Under the pieces are notes generated by a model. It worked only from the letters and a program-made list of their open reading frames with translations. It did not search any database and was not told the DNA's origin. The position numbers were made by a program, and so were the translations under genes. A stretch of DNA of 64,000 nucleotides from Candidatus Eiseniibacteriota bacterium (GTDB taxonomy: Bacteria > Eisenbacteria > RBG-16-71-46), in the NCBI GenBank assembly GCA_044223005.1, contig JBGAML010000007.1, forward strand, positions 143,607-207,606. Reading direction: 5' to 3'. Position 1 is the first letter of the stretch, and each line of letters starts with the position of its first letter. Below are positions 37,765 through 47,825 of this stretch, piece after piece.

Positions 37765-39321
37765 GTGAAATCGGACACGTCCGCGCCCGCGCGGCCAGCC
37801 GCCGACATCCCGCCCGACTCGACCTCCCCGGCCCTGACCCGCATCGTCGTCGCCGCGACCCTCGTCGCCGCGGCGCTGCGCCTGTTCCGCCTCGGCCACC
37901 AGAGCCTGTGGATCGACGAGGTGTTCTCGTGGCAGGCCGCCGGCGGCAACCAGGTGCTCGGCGTGCGCGAACTGCTCGAGAACGTGCACGGTCCGCTCTA
38001 CGCGCTGATGCTGCACGCGTGGATGCGCGTGGCCGGCCAGTCCGAATGGGCGCTGCGCGCCCCCAGCGCGCTGGCCGGCGTGCTCATGGTGCCGGCGATC
38101 GCGCAACTCGCGCGCCGCTGGCTGGGGCGCGAGGCGGTGGCGCCGGCCGCGTGGCTCGCCGCCACGTCGCCGTTCCTCGTCTGGTACGGGCAGGAGGTGC
38201 GCAACTACGCGTGGCTGCTGCTCTGGGCGGTGGTGAGCGTGTCCGCACTGCTCGAGCTGCGCCGCGCGCCGTCGGCGCGCGCGGTCGCGCAGGTGCTCGG
38301 CGCCACCGCCGCGGGCCTGCTCACCAACTGGTCGTTCGCGCTGCTGCTGCCGTTCCACCTGCGGCTCTGGCTGGGCGGCGAGCCCGCCACGCGCGCCTAC
38401 CGCGCCCGCGCGCTCGCCGGCGCGGCGGTCGTGCTCGCGCTGCTCGCGGCGCCGTTCGTGCCGCGCGTCGCGGCCACGTGGGACTTCCGCCGGCTGCAGC
38501 CGCAGCATGCCACCGCCGCGGGAGAAGCGCTGCGGGGGAGCACCACGTTCCACGTCGCGGCGGTGCCGTTCGCGTTCCATTCGTTCGCGGTCGGCTTCAC
38601 GCTCGGGCCCTCGCTGCGCGAGCTGCACGCCCGGCCGGCCGCCGAGGCGGTCCGGGCCCACGCGCCCGAACTGGCGGCCACCGCGGCGGTGTTCGGGTTC
38701 CTCGGGGCGCTGGCCGTGCTGGCGCTCTCGCGTCGCCGGAAACTGGCCGATACCCTGCTCTGGCTGGTCGCGCCGGTGGTGCTCGTGAGTTACTTTGCCG
38801 CCCACAACTTCAAGGTCTTCAACCCGCGCTACCTCGCCGTCGGGCTTCCCTGCCTGCTCTTGGGTGTCGCGGCCGCCCTGGCGGACCTCCGCCCGGCCAC
38901 GCGCCGCCTCGCCGCGGGCGCGATCGCTGCACTCTGGGCCATCTCGTTGTACCATCATTATTTCGTACCGGGGTACGGGCGGGAGGACTACCGCGGCGCG
39001 CTCACCAGCGTGCGCGCGGGGTTCGCTCCCGGCGAGCAGGTGCTGGCCGTCGGATCCCCGGATCCGGTGGAGTTCTACGGCAAGGGCCTGCGTGTCGAAC
39101 CGTGGTGGCTCGGTTTCGCCGCCGATTCGTCCCGCATGGCGCTCCGGTTCGAGCAGGCCGCGTCGCACGCCCACGGGACATGGGTCGTCCTCAGCCGACA
39201 CGAGGACCTCGATCCCGCGGACCACTTCGCGCGCTGGCTCGACACGCGGTACCCGGGCGCGACCCGGTCGAGTTTCGAGGGCGTGCGCGTCTGGCACGTG
39301 CCTCCGCAGCAGCAGGAGTGA
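37765..39321 (+). CDS. GT-C glycosyltransferase (PMT_2/ArnT-like)
   Basis: QSLWIDE, HGPLY, LRAPSA, YGQEVRNY; multi-TM plus C-terminal periplasmic domain. Confidence 0.82.
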   Translation: MKSDTSAPARPAADIPPDSTSPALTRIVVAATLVAAALRLFRLGHQSLWIDEVFSWQAAGGNQVLGVRELLENVHGPLYALMLHAWMRVAGQSEWALRAPSALAGVLMVPAIAQLARRWLGREAVAPAAWLAATSPFLVWYGQEVRNYAWLLLWAVVSVSALLELRRAPSARAVAQVLGATAAGLLTNWSFALLLPFHLRLWLGGEPATRAYRARALAGAAVVLALLAAPFVPRVAATWDFRRLQPQHATAAGEALRGSTTFHVAAVPFAFHSFAVGFTLGPSLRELHARPAAEAVRAHAPELAATAAVFGFLGALAVLALSRRRKLADTLLWLVAPVVLVSYFAAHNFKVFNPRYLAVGLPCLLLGVAAALADLRPATRRLAAGAIAALWAISLYHHYFVPGYGREDYRGALTSVRAGFAPGEQVLAVGSPDPVEFYGKGLRVEPWWLGFAADSSRMALRFEQAASHAHGTWVVLSRHEDLDPADHFARWLDTRYPGATRSSFEGVRVWHVPPQQQE

Positions 39322-39409
39322 TCCCCCCGGGCAGCCGTCTCGGACGGTGCGGCCCGTTCGCTTCGCGTCAGGATCGAGCCGGCGCTCCGGCCGGCTCGGA
39401 GGAAGGCAT

Positions 39410-40726
39410 ATGCGGGTCGTCGTCGTCGGACTGGGCTACGTGGGTTCGGTGTGTTCGGCATGCTTCTCGAGCCGGGGGCACGATGTCGTGGGCGTGGACA
39501 CCAACGCCTACAAGGTCTCGTGCATCGAGCGGGGCGAGAGCCCGATCGTGGAGAAGGACCTCGGGCGGCTGATCGCCGAGGGCCGCGCCTCGGGCAAGCT
39601 CACCGCGACGACCGACATCACGAAGGCCATGCCCGGCGCCGACGTCGTACTCGTGTGCGTGGGCACGCCCTCCGCCGAGGACGGGTCGCTCAACCTGGAC
39701 CACGTGCGCCGCTCGTGCGCCGAGGTGGGTTCGGCGTTGAAGAGCACGGGCCGGTTCACGACCGTGGTCATGCGCAGCACCATGCTGCCGGGCTCGGTGA
39801 TGGACCAGCTCCTGCCGGTGCTCGAACAGTCGAGCGGCGGCAAGGCCGGCGTGGACTTCGGCGTCGCCTACAACCCCGAGTTCCTGCGCGAGGGGACCGC
39901 GGTCGCCGACTTCTTCGGCGCCGAGTACACCGTGATCGGCGCGGGCTGCCCGCGTGCAGGCGAGGCGCTGAAGCAGCTCTACTCCGACGTGGGCGGCGAG
40001 ATCATCGTGACCGACGTGCCGGTCGCCGAGATGCTCAAGTACGTGAACAACTCCTTCCACGCGCTCAAAGTCGCGTTCGCGAACGAGTTCGGCCGTATCT
40101 GCAAGCGCGAGGGCATCGACAGCCACGCCGTGATGAAGATCATGGTGCGCGACACCAAGCTCAACCTGTCGCCCTACTACCTGAGCCCGGGCTTCGCGTT
40201 CGGCGGCTCGTGCCTGCCCAAGGACGTGCGCGCGATCACCGCGCGCTCGCGCCAGCACGGGCTGGAGCTGCCGGTGCTGCAGAACATCATGCGCTCGAAC
40301 GACCAGCACGTGGAGGACGCGATCCACCTGATCGAGAAGTTCAAGCGCCGCAAGCTCGGGTTCCTCGGCCTGTCGTTCAAGGCCGGCACCGACGACCTGC
40401 GCGAGAGCCCGATCCTGCGCGTGATCGGGACGCTGGTGGGCAAGGGCTACTCGGTGCTGCTGCACGACCCCAACCTCGACATGGAGCGCGTGCTCGGCGC
40501 CAACCGCCGCTTCGTCGAGGACGAGGTGCCGTACCTGCCCGAGCGGCTGCGCCCGGACCTGGACGAGGTGCTGCGCGAAAGCGAGGTGCTGGTCGTGGGC
40601 AACCGCACCGCGGCCTATCGCGAGATCGGTCCGCGCGTGCGCGAAGGGCAGGTGCTCGTCGACCTCGCGGCGGCCGTGGATCGCGCCAGCGTCGGGCGCG
40701 GGGAGTACCATGGCCTCGCGTGGTAG
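39410..40726 (+). CDS. algD: GDP-mannose 6-dehydrogenase-like nucleotide-sugar dehydrogenase
   Basis: GLGYVG, NPEFLREG, PGFAFGGSCLPKD, GLSFKAGTDDLRESP (AlgD-type motifs). Confidence 0.8.
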   Translation: MRVVVVGLGYVGSVCSACFSSRGHDVVGVDTNAYKVSCIERGESPIVEKDLGRLIAEGRASGKLTATTDITKAMPGADVVLVCVGTPSAEDGSLNLDHVRRSCAEVGSALKSTGRFTTVVMRSTMLPGSVMDQLLPVLEQSSGGKAGVDFGVAYNPEFLREGTAVADFFGAEYTVIGAGCPRAGEALKQLYSDVGGEIIVTDVPVAEMLKYVNNSFHALKVAFANEFGRICKREGIDSHAVMKIMVRDTKLNLSPYYLSPGFAFGGSCLPKDVRAITARSRQHGLELPVLQNIMRSNDQHVEDAIHLIEKFKRRKLGFLGLSFKAGTDDLRESPILRVIGTLVGKGYSVLLHDPNLDMERVLGANRRFVEDEVPYLPERLRPDLDEVLRESEVLVVGNRTAAYREIGPRVREGQVLVDLAAAVDRASVGRGEYHGLAW

Positions 40727-41927
40727 GGTCCTTCACCTCTCCGAGAACCTCACCCTGCCGTTCGACCGGCGCGTGTGGATGGAGCTCAACGCGCTCCGCG
40801 CCGCCGGCTGGGAGGTGTCCGCGATCTGCCCCATGGGCGATGGCGGCACCGAACCCTACGAGGTCCTGAACGGCATCCACATCTGGCGCTATCCCGCGCC
40901 GCCGGTGACGTCGGGGGTCCTGAGCTACATCTGGGAGTTCCTCTACTGCTGGCTGCAGACGGCGTGGCTCACGCTGCGCGTGTCGGTGCGCCAGGGCTTC
41001 GACGTGCTGCACACCGCGAACCCGCCGGACACGTTCTGGGCGATCGCGCTGCTCTTCAAGCCGCTCGGGGTCAAGTTCGTGTTCGACCACCACGACCTCT
41101 GCCCGGAGCTCTACCTGTCGCGCTTCGGCGAATCGCGCGCGGGCACGCTGCCGCACCGAGGGCTCGCGTGGCTCGAGCGCATGCAGTTCCGCACCGCGGA
41201 CCTGGTGATCTCGACCAACGAGTCGTACCGCCAGGTCGCACTGGGCCGCGGCGGCAAGAAGCCCGACGAAGTGTGGGTGGTGCGCAGCGGCCCGAGCCGC
41301 GCGCGCTTCGGCACGCTGCGCCAGGGCGAGCCGGCCCTGAAGCGCGGCCGCAAGTTCCTCGTCGCCTACCTGGGCGTGATGGCGCCGCAGGACGGCGTCG
41401 ACCACCTCGTGCGCGCGGCCGAGGTGATGGTGCGCGAACACCACCGCGAGGACGTGTCGTTCACGTTCGTCGGCGCGGGGGATTCGTTCGAGGACCTGAA
41501 GGCGATGGTGCGCGAGCGCGGGCTCGAGGCGTACTGCGAGTTCACCGGGCGCGTCCCCGACGCCGAGGTCGAGCGCGTGTTGTTCACGGCCGACGTGTGC
41601 GTGAGCCCGGATCCCAAGAACCCGCTCAACGACGTCAGCACCATGAACAAGGTGCTCGAATACATGGCCTGCGCCAAGCCGATCGTCTGCTACGACCTGC
41701 GCGAGCACCGCTACTCGGCGGGCGAGGGCTCTCTGTACGCGATCGCGGACGACGTGCACGACCTCGCGGCCAAGATCGAGCAGCTGCTCGCGGATCCCGC
41801 GATGCGCGAGCGCATGGGCGCGTACAATCGCGAGCGGTTCCTCTCCCAGATGGCGTGGGAGCACAACGCCGGCCGGCTGATCGAAGCCTACGAGGCGCGA
41901 TGCGCAACGGCACGCCGCAACGGTTGA
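40710..41927 (+). CDS. GT4 glycosyltransferase
   Basis: FDRRVW, FDHHDL, QDGVD, STMNKVLEYMA. Confidence 0.88.
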   Translation: MASRGRVLHLSENLTLPFDRRVWMELNALRAAGWEVSAICPMGDGGTEPYEVLNGIHIWRYPAPPVTSGVLSYIWEFLYCWLQTAWLTLRVSVRQGFDVLHTANPPDTFWAIALLFKPLGVKFVFDHHDLCPELYLSRFGESRAGTLPHRGLAWLERMQFRTADLVISTNESYRQVALGRGGKKPDEVWVVRSGPSRARFGTLRQGEPALKRGRKFLVAYLGVMAPQDGVDHLVRAAEVMVREHHREDVSFTFVGAGDSFEDLKAMVRERGLEAYCEFTGRVPDAEVERVLFTADVCVSPDPKNPLNDVSTMNKVLEYMACAKPIVCYDLREHRYSAGEGSLYAIADDVHDLAAKIEQLLADPAMRERMGAYNRERFLSQMAWEHNAGRLIEAYEARCATARRNG

Positions 41928-43096
41928 ACGTCCTGCTCGTCGAGAGCGGACGCGCGGTCGGGGGCACCGAGCGCGTGGTCTGGGAGCTCGCGACGCGCCT
42001 GGCGCCGGAGCGGTTCGCGGTGCGCGTGTGGCTGAGCCCGGTGCCGGCGCTGGACGAGTTCGCCGCCGCGCTCGAAGCGCGCGGCATTCCGGTCGAGCGA
42101 GTGGCTGAGGTGGACTCGCGCTGGGACTGGAAGGGCATGCTCGGCACGTGGAACGCACTTCGCCGCGTGCGCCCCGACGTGCTGCACGTGCACCACGTCT
42201 GGCCCGCGGCCGATCGCTACCTTGCCATGCTCGCGCGTGCGGCCGGCGTGCGGCACCTGGTCGTGACCGAGCACATCGTGGGCGAGTCGCATTCGGACGG
42301 GCAGCGCGCGCTCAAGCGCGCCGAGTTGGGCCGCGCCGACGCCGTGACCGCCGTGTGCGGCGCGGTGGCCGAGACGCTGGTGCGCGACTACGGGATCGAG
42401 CGCGCGCGCGTGCGCGTGGTGCCCAACGGCGCCGACCTGCCGGACGAGGCGGCCGAGGCGCCCGTGGCCAAGGCGTGGCGCGAGCGCTTCGGCGCGTCGC
42501 TGATCCGCCCGCTCTGGGTGGTCGCGGGCCGGCTGGAAGAACAGAAGGGCCACGCGGTGCTGCTGGACGCGCTCGCCGAGGTGCGCAAGCGCGGACTCGA
42601 CTTCACGCTCGCCGTGGCCGGCGAGGGCTCGCTCAAGACCACGCTGGAGCAGCGCGCCGAGCAACTCGGCATCGGGCCGCGCGTGCGCTTCCTGGGCGCG
42701 CTCGACGACGTCGGCCCGCTGCTCGCCGCCGCCGACGCGGTGGTGCTGCCGTCGCACTGGGAGGGCCTTCCGCTCGTGCTGCTCGAGGCCATGGTGCGCT
42801 CGCGCCCGATCGTCGCGACCGCCGTGGGCGGCGTGCCCGAGGTGATCGAGGACGGCACGCACGGCGCGCTCGTGGCGCCGGGCGATGCGCTCGCGCTGGC
42901 GGACGAGCTGGAGCGCTTTCACCGCAAGACCGAGCGCGGCATCCGGCTCGGGCGCGCGGCCGGCGAGCGCGCGCGGCGCGACTACCTGTGGCAGGCCGTC
43001 GCCGACGGCTTCGAAGCGGTGTACGACGAGGTGCTGGGGCTCGCGACGTTCACGCCCGAGGACGCGCCCGGCGCGTCTCGCGGAGGTGGCCGGTGA
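41900..43096 (+). CDS. GT4 glycosyltransferase
   Basis: GGTER, GRLEEQKG, EGLPLVLLEAM. Confidence 0.9.
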   Translation: MRNGTPQRLNVLLVESGRAVGGTERVVWELATRLAPERFAVRVWLSPVPALDEFAAALEARGIPVERVAEVDSRWDWKGMLGTWNALRRVRPDVLHVHHVWPAADRYLAMLARAAGVRHLVVTEHIVGESHSDGQRALKRAELGRADAVTAVCGAVAETLVRDYGIERARVRVVPNGADLPDEAAEAPVAKAWRERFGASLIRPLWVVAGRLEEQKGHAVLLDALAEVRKRGLDFTLAVAGEGSLKTTLEQRAEQLGIGPRVRFLGALDDVGPLLAAADAVVLPSHWEGLPLVLLEAMVRSRPIVATAVGGVPEVIEDGTHGALVAPGDALALADELERFHRKTERGIRLGRAAGERARRDYLWQAVADGFEAVYDEVLGLATFTPEDAPGASRGGGR

Positions 43097-44064
43097 CGCT
43101 GGCCGTGGTGATCCCGTGCTACCGGCAGGAGCGCTTCCTGCCGCGCACGATCGCCGCGCTGGAACGCGCGCTGGCCGGCCGCGACTGGGCCGGCGTGCTG
43201 GTGATCGCGACGCCCGGCACACCCGCGTCGCTGCCCGTGCTCTCGGAGCGCTGGCGCACGTTGCGCGCGCGCGAGTCCGATCCGCTGACGCCCGGCGCCG
43301 CGCGCAACCTGGGCCTCGGCGCGACCAGCGCGCCGTGGGTGCTCTTCGCCGACGCCGACATCGAGATCGACGCGCCGTGGCTCGAACGCGCGCTCCAGGC
43401 GCTCGCCACCGACGCGACGATCGCGGGCGCGTGGGGCCGGCTCGAGGAATGGTTCGTGGATGGCGCGGCCGAACGGCCCGGCGTGCACGACCTGAACCGC
43501 ATGGGCGAGGCCGACCACGACTGCGAGATGATCGCCGGGCTCGCGCTCTACCGCCGCGACGCGCTGGAACGCGTGGGCGGCTACGACGCGCGCCTGAGCA
43601 GCGAAGAGGACTTCGAGCTCGGCCTGCGCCTGCGCGCGGAAGGATTCCGGCTGCGGAGCCTCGGGCCCCGCGCCGGCGTGCACTGGAGCGGACCGCGGCC
43701 GAGCTTTTCGGAGCTCGGGCGGCGCTGGAGCACCGGACTTTGCTTCGGGCAGGGGCAGGTGCTGCGGCTCTACCTGGGCCGCCGCGGCCTCGCCGAGCAC
43801 CTGCGCCGGCAGCGGCTCTACTTCGCGACGCTGGCGCTCTGGCTCGCCGCGCTGCCCGCGGGACTGCTCGCCGGCGCGCGCGGCCTCGCGCTCTGGGCGT
43901 TGCTGCCGCTCGGTGTGCTCGCGCTGATGAGCGTGCGCAAGCGCAGCCTGCGGCTCGCGACGCACGCGCTGCTCACGTGGACGCTGCACGCCGCCGGCCT
44001 CGTGGTGGGCTTCGTGCGCGGCGGCGCGCGCCCGTCGCCCGGCGTGCGGGAGGCCGCATGCTGA
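43093..44064 (+). CDS. GT2 glycosyltransferase with C-terminal TMs
   Basis: VVIPCY, AARNLG, FADAD, GGYD..SEEDFEL. Confidence 0.85.
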   Translation: MTLAVVIPCYRQERFLPRTIAALERALAGRDWAGVLVIATPGTPASLPVLSERWRTLRARESDPLTPGAARNLGLGATSAPWVLFADADIEIDAPWLERALQALATDATIAGAWGRLEEWFVDGAAERPGVHDLNRMGEADHDCEMIAGLALYRRDALERVGGYDARLSSEEDFELGLRLRAEGFRLRSLGPRAGVHWSGPRPSFSELGRRWSTGLCFGQGQVLRLYLGRRGLAEHLRRQRLYFATLALWLAALPAGLLAGARGLALWALLPLGVLALMSVRKRSLRLATHALLTWTLHAAGLVVGFVRGGARPSPGVREAAC

Positions 44065-45239
44065 TCCACACCGCGCACGACAACGACATCCATCCCGCGC
44101 GCTTCGGCGGCACGCAGCGCAGCTTCGGGCTCGTGCGCGGGCTCGCGCGGCGGAACCAGGTGCACGCGCTGTGCGTGGTGCCCAACCGCACCGCGGCGCC
44201 GGCCGAAGAGACCGTGGACGGCGTGCGGATCGTGCGCCGCAAGGCGTGGGAGACGAGCGCCGCGTGGCGGCTGGAACGCCTGGGGCTCGCGCCGCTCTTC
44301 ACCGCCGAGCGCGCGCACCGCGCGCACCGCGGCCGCTACCGCGCCGCGCTGGGCGGCGTCGCCGACGTGCTCGCCGCCGACCTGGCGCTCGCCGGGATGC
44401 TGGACGGCGCGCCCGAGCCGCTGCGCGTGCACACGTCGCAGAACGTGGAGTACGACCGATTCGTGGAGGCCGCGCCGCGGCTGCTGGCGCGCGCGCGCTG
44501 GGCCGAGCAGCTGCGCGCGCTCGAACGCGACGCCGTGGCGCACGCCGACCTGACCGTGGTCTGCACCGACGAGGACGCCGCGCGCATGCGCGAGCTGCAT
44601 GGCGCGGACCCCGAGCGGCTCGCGGTGATCGCCAACGGTTACGACGAGCGCGAGCTGCGGCCGCCGACCGCGGCCGAACGCGCCGCCGCACGCACCGCGA
44701 TCGGGCTCGCCGAGAACGAGTACGCGCTCGTGTTCGTGGGCGCCGACTGGGGCCCCAACCGCGAGGCGCTGGCGTTCCTGGTGGACCGCGTGCTGCCCGC
44801 GCTGAGCGGGGACGGCCTGCGGCTGCTGGTGGTGGGCTCGGCCGGCCGCCGGCTCGCCGGGCGCCGCGACCCCGGCCTGATCGTCGCGGGCGAAGTGCCC
44901 TCGCTGCTGCCGTGGCTGCATGCCGCCGACGCCGGCGCGAATCCCGTCCTGAGTGGCGGCGGCAGCAACGTGAAGGTGCCCGCCTACCTCGCCGCCGGCC
45001 TCGCGGTGATCACGACGCCGTTCGGCGTGCGCGGCTACGCGCCGCTCGTGCCGCACGTCACGGTGGCCCCGCCCGAGTCGTACCCGGACGCGGTGCGCGC
45101 GCGCCCGCGCGGGTTCGCCGCGCGCGGCGAATCGGCGCCTGCCGTGCTCGCGGAATACGCCTGGGGCCGCCTCGGCGAACGCCTCGGCGAGATCGTCGCG
45201 GAGCGGCTCGCCCGCGTCCGCCGGAAGGGAGCCGCCTGA
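44058..45239 (+). CDS. GT4 glycosyltransferase
   Basis: FGGTQR, QNVE, PNREAL, GGGSNVKV. Confidence 0.82.
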   Translation: MLIHTAHDNDIHPARFGGTQRSFGLVRGLARRNQVHALCVVPNRTAAPAEETVDGVRIVRRKAWETSAAWRLERLGLAPLFTAERAHRAHRGRYRAALGGVADVLAADLALAGMLDGAPEPLRVHTSQNVEYDRFVEAAPRLLARARWAEQLRALERDAVAHADLTVVCTDEDAARMRELHGADPERLAVIANGYDERELRPPTAAERAAARTAIGLAENEYALVFVGADWGPNREALAFLVDRVLPALSGDGLRLLVVGSAGRRLAGRRDPGLIVAGEVPSLLPWLHAADAGANPVLSGGGSNVKVPAYLAAGLAVITTPFGVRGYAPLVPHVTVAPPESYPDAVRARPRGFAARGESAPAVLAEYAWGRLGERLGEIVAERLARVRRKGAA

Positions 45240-46336
45240 TGCGCGTCGCGATGATCGGCCAGAAGGGCGTGCCCGCGACGTATGGCGGCATCGAGCGCCA
45301 CGTCGACGAGATCGCCCGCCGGCTGGTGCCGATGGGCATCGACGTCGACGTGTTCTGCCGGCTCTACTACACGCCCGAAGGCACCGAGTACCACGGCGTG
45401 AAGCTGCTCCGCCGCCCGAGCATTCACACCAAGCACCTGGACGCCATCTCGCACGTGACGTGGGCGACGATGGAGTCGATGTTCCGGCACTACGACATCG
45501 TGCACTTTCACGCGCTGGGCCCCGCGCTGTTCGCCGGGCTGCCGCGGATGACCGGCTCCAAGACCGTCGTCACCGTGCACGGGCTCGACTGGCAGCGCGA
45601 GAAGTGGGGACGGTTCGCGCGCTGGTTCCTGCGCCAGTGCGAAGGCCCCGCGGCGCACTTTCCGGATCGCACGATCGTCGTGAGCAAGACGCTGCGCCAG
45701 CACTTCGCCCAGCACCATCGCTGCGACGCCACGTTCATTCCCAACGGCACCAACCTGCCGCAGCCGCGCGCGCCCAAGAAGCTCGCCTCGCTCGGGCTCA
45801 CGCCGGGTAAGTACGTGCTGTTCGTGGGCCGGCTCGTGCCCGAGAAGGGCGTGCACTTCCTGTGCGAGGCGTTCAGCAAGATCGACACCGACATGACGCT
45901 CGCGCTGGTCGGGGGCCTGAGCTTTTCGCAGGGCTACGTCGACCTGCTGCGCCAGTACGCCGGCGACCGGATCAAGCTGCTCGACTACGTGTTCGGCGAG
46001 TCGCTCGAGGAACTGTGGAGCAACGCCTACTGCGTCGTGCAGCCCTCGACCATGGAAGGGCTTTCGATCGCGCTGCTGGAGGCGCTGTCGTACGGCCGCT
46101 GCGTGCTGATTTCGGATATCCCCGAGAACATGGAAGTCGCCGAGGAGTGCGCGCTGCACTTCCGCACCAAGGACGTCGGCGACCTGCGCGAGAAGCTCGA
46201 ATACCTGATTCGCAACCCCGACGTGGTGCACGAGTACGGCGAGCGCGCGAAGAAGCACATCCTCGCGCACTACTCGTGGGACAACGTCGTCGAGTCGACC
46301 GCGCAGCTCTACCGGGAGCTGGCGGGAAAGAAGTGA
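45239..46336 (+). CDS. GT4 glycosyltransferase
   Basis: GVPATYGGIE, HGLDWQREKW, GRLVPEKG, EGLSIALLEA. Confidence 0.92.
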   Translation: MRVAMIGQKGVPATYGGIERHVDEIARRLVPMGIDVDVFCRLYYTPEGTEYHGVKLLRRPSIHTKHLDAISHVTWATMESMFRHYDIVHFHALGPALFAGLPRMTGSKTVVTVHGLDWQREKWGRFARWFLRQCEGPAAHFPDRTIVVSKTLRQHFAQHHRCDATFIPNGTNLPQPRAPKKLASLGLTPGKYVLFVGRLVPEKGVHFLCEAFSKIDTDMTLALVGGLSFSQGYVDLLRQYAGDRIKLLDYVFGESLEELWSNAYCVVQPSTMEGLSIALLEALSYGRCVLISDIPENMEVAEECALHFRTKDVGDLREKLEYLIRNPDVVHEYGERAKKHILAHYSWDNVVESTAQLYRELAGKK

Positions 46337-47556
46337 GCCCGCCGCGCGCCGACGACGGGCCCGCGACCGGGCTCGGTCTTCCGCCGCTCGCGGTGGTTCT
46401 GCTGGCGCTGGCCGGCGCGGCGCTGGCCGCGTTCCCGCTGGCGCACCCGTACGCCAACCCCGACAGCCGCGCGTTCGAGGCGATCGCCCGTTCGCTGCTG
46501 GCCGGCCAGGGACTGCGCTACCGCGAGCCCATGCTGCCGTGGCTCGACCTGTTCGCGTTCCGCTCGCCCGGCTACCCCGTGCTGCTCGCGCCGCTGCTCG
46601 CGCTGGGCGGCGTGAAGCTCGCGCTGGCGGTGAACGGCGCCATGCACGCGCTGACCGCCGTGCTCGCGGGCGAGATCGTGGCGCGGGCGGCCTCGCGCCG
46701 GGCCGGCGTGATGGCGCTGGCGCTGGGACTCGCGTGGGCGCCTGCGTGGCTGTTCGCCGGCCAGCTGCTGAGCGAGACGCTGTTCGTGTTCCTGTCCGCC
46801 GCATCGTTCGCCGCCGCGCAGCGCGCCCGCGGCGCGCGCGGGGCCGCGCTCGCGGGCGTGCTCGCCGCCGCTGCCACGCTGACGCGCCCCGTCGGCGTCG
46901 CCGTGGCCGCGGGCGTGCTGGTGCTGCTCGCGAGGCGCGCGCCGAAGCTCGCGTTCGCCGCACTTCTCGCGTGCGCCGTCGCGTACGCCCCCTGGCCGCT
47001 GCGCAACCAGCGCGTGCTCGGCGAACCCGTGCTGTTTACGACCAACGCCGGCTTCAACCTCTGCGACGGCGTGACGCCCGGCACCACGCACGACCTCTGG
47101 GTGGAGATGTCGGGCTGGGCCCCGCTCGGCGAGCTCGCGATCGACCACCGCTGGCGCGAGCGCCACGACGCGATCGTCCGCGCGAACCCCACCGCCGAGG
47201 CGAAGCGCTGGGTCGGCGGCATGGCGCGCGACGTGATCCCGCTCGACTACGGCCCCCAGCACTGGCTCCACCGCGCGATCACGTTTCTCGCGCTGGCGGG
47301 GGCGTTCCTGACGCTCGGGACGCCCGAAGGCCTCGGGCTCGCCATCGCCTGGTGGGGCCAGGGCGCGATCAACGCGCTGGCGCAGGTCAGCGAGCGCTAC
47401 CGGTTCCCGGGCGAATGGATCGCGGTGGTGTTCGCGGCGCTGGCCGTGCACGCGATAACGCGCCGCGCCGGCTGCGGGGCGCGGTGGGGCGTTGCGGGGC
47501 TCTTGTTTCTGGGGGGGCTGGTGCTGCTAGCGCAGGTGGTGCGACATCCCGGCTGA
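46333..47556 (+). CDS. Probable GT-C glycosyltransferase
   Basis: PDSRAF..IA..L..G, FRSPGYP, LSETL, TLTRP, PWPLRN, ERYRFP. Confidence 0.7.
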   Translation: MSPPRADDGPATGLGLPPLAVVLLALAGAALAAFPLAHPYANPDSRAFEAIARSLLAGQGLRYREPMLPWLDLFAFRSPGYPVLLAPLLALGGVKLALAVNGAMHALTAVLAGEIVARAASRRAGVMALALGLAWAPAWLFAGQLLSETLFVFLSAASFAAAQRARGARGAALAGVLAAAATLTRPVGVAVAAGVLVLLARRAPKLAFAALLACAVAYAPWPLRNQRVLGEPVLFTTNAGFNLCDGVTPGTTHDLWVEMSGWAPLGELAIDHRWRERHDAIVRANPTAEAKRWVGGMARDVIPLDYGPQHWLHRAITFLALAGAFLTLGTPEGLGLAIAWWGQGAINALAQVSERYRFPGEWIAVVFAALAVHAITRRAGCGARWGVAGLLFLGGLVLLAQVVRHPG

Positions 47557-47825
47557 GAGAGACTCTCGACGAGCAGTGGTGCCAGAGCGGCGGAGTCGAG
47601 CGGTGTCGAAGCTGCGACAGAGTACTAACGACACAACCTCAAGTCGCTACCGAATAGGGTGTCGCCGCCGCACAAACACAGGAGCCCGTGGGCCTTTCAA
47701 GGTCAACGGGCTCGGTGCTACTGTAGGAGTGTGGTTGGGCTGGGAGCGAGTTGGGCCGGGAGTGGTGCAGCTGAATCTACAGCTGCTCGCCCCAATTCGA
47801 CGCGTACAAGGGGGCGATCGAACGC

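Noticed and set aside
39410..40726. Alginate operon
   Set aside because: Only an AlgD-like gene; no alg8/alg44/algK/algE; the context is Wzx/Wzy
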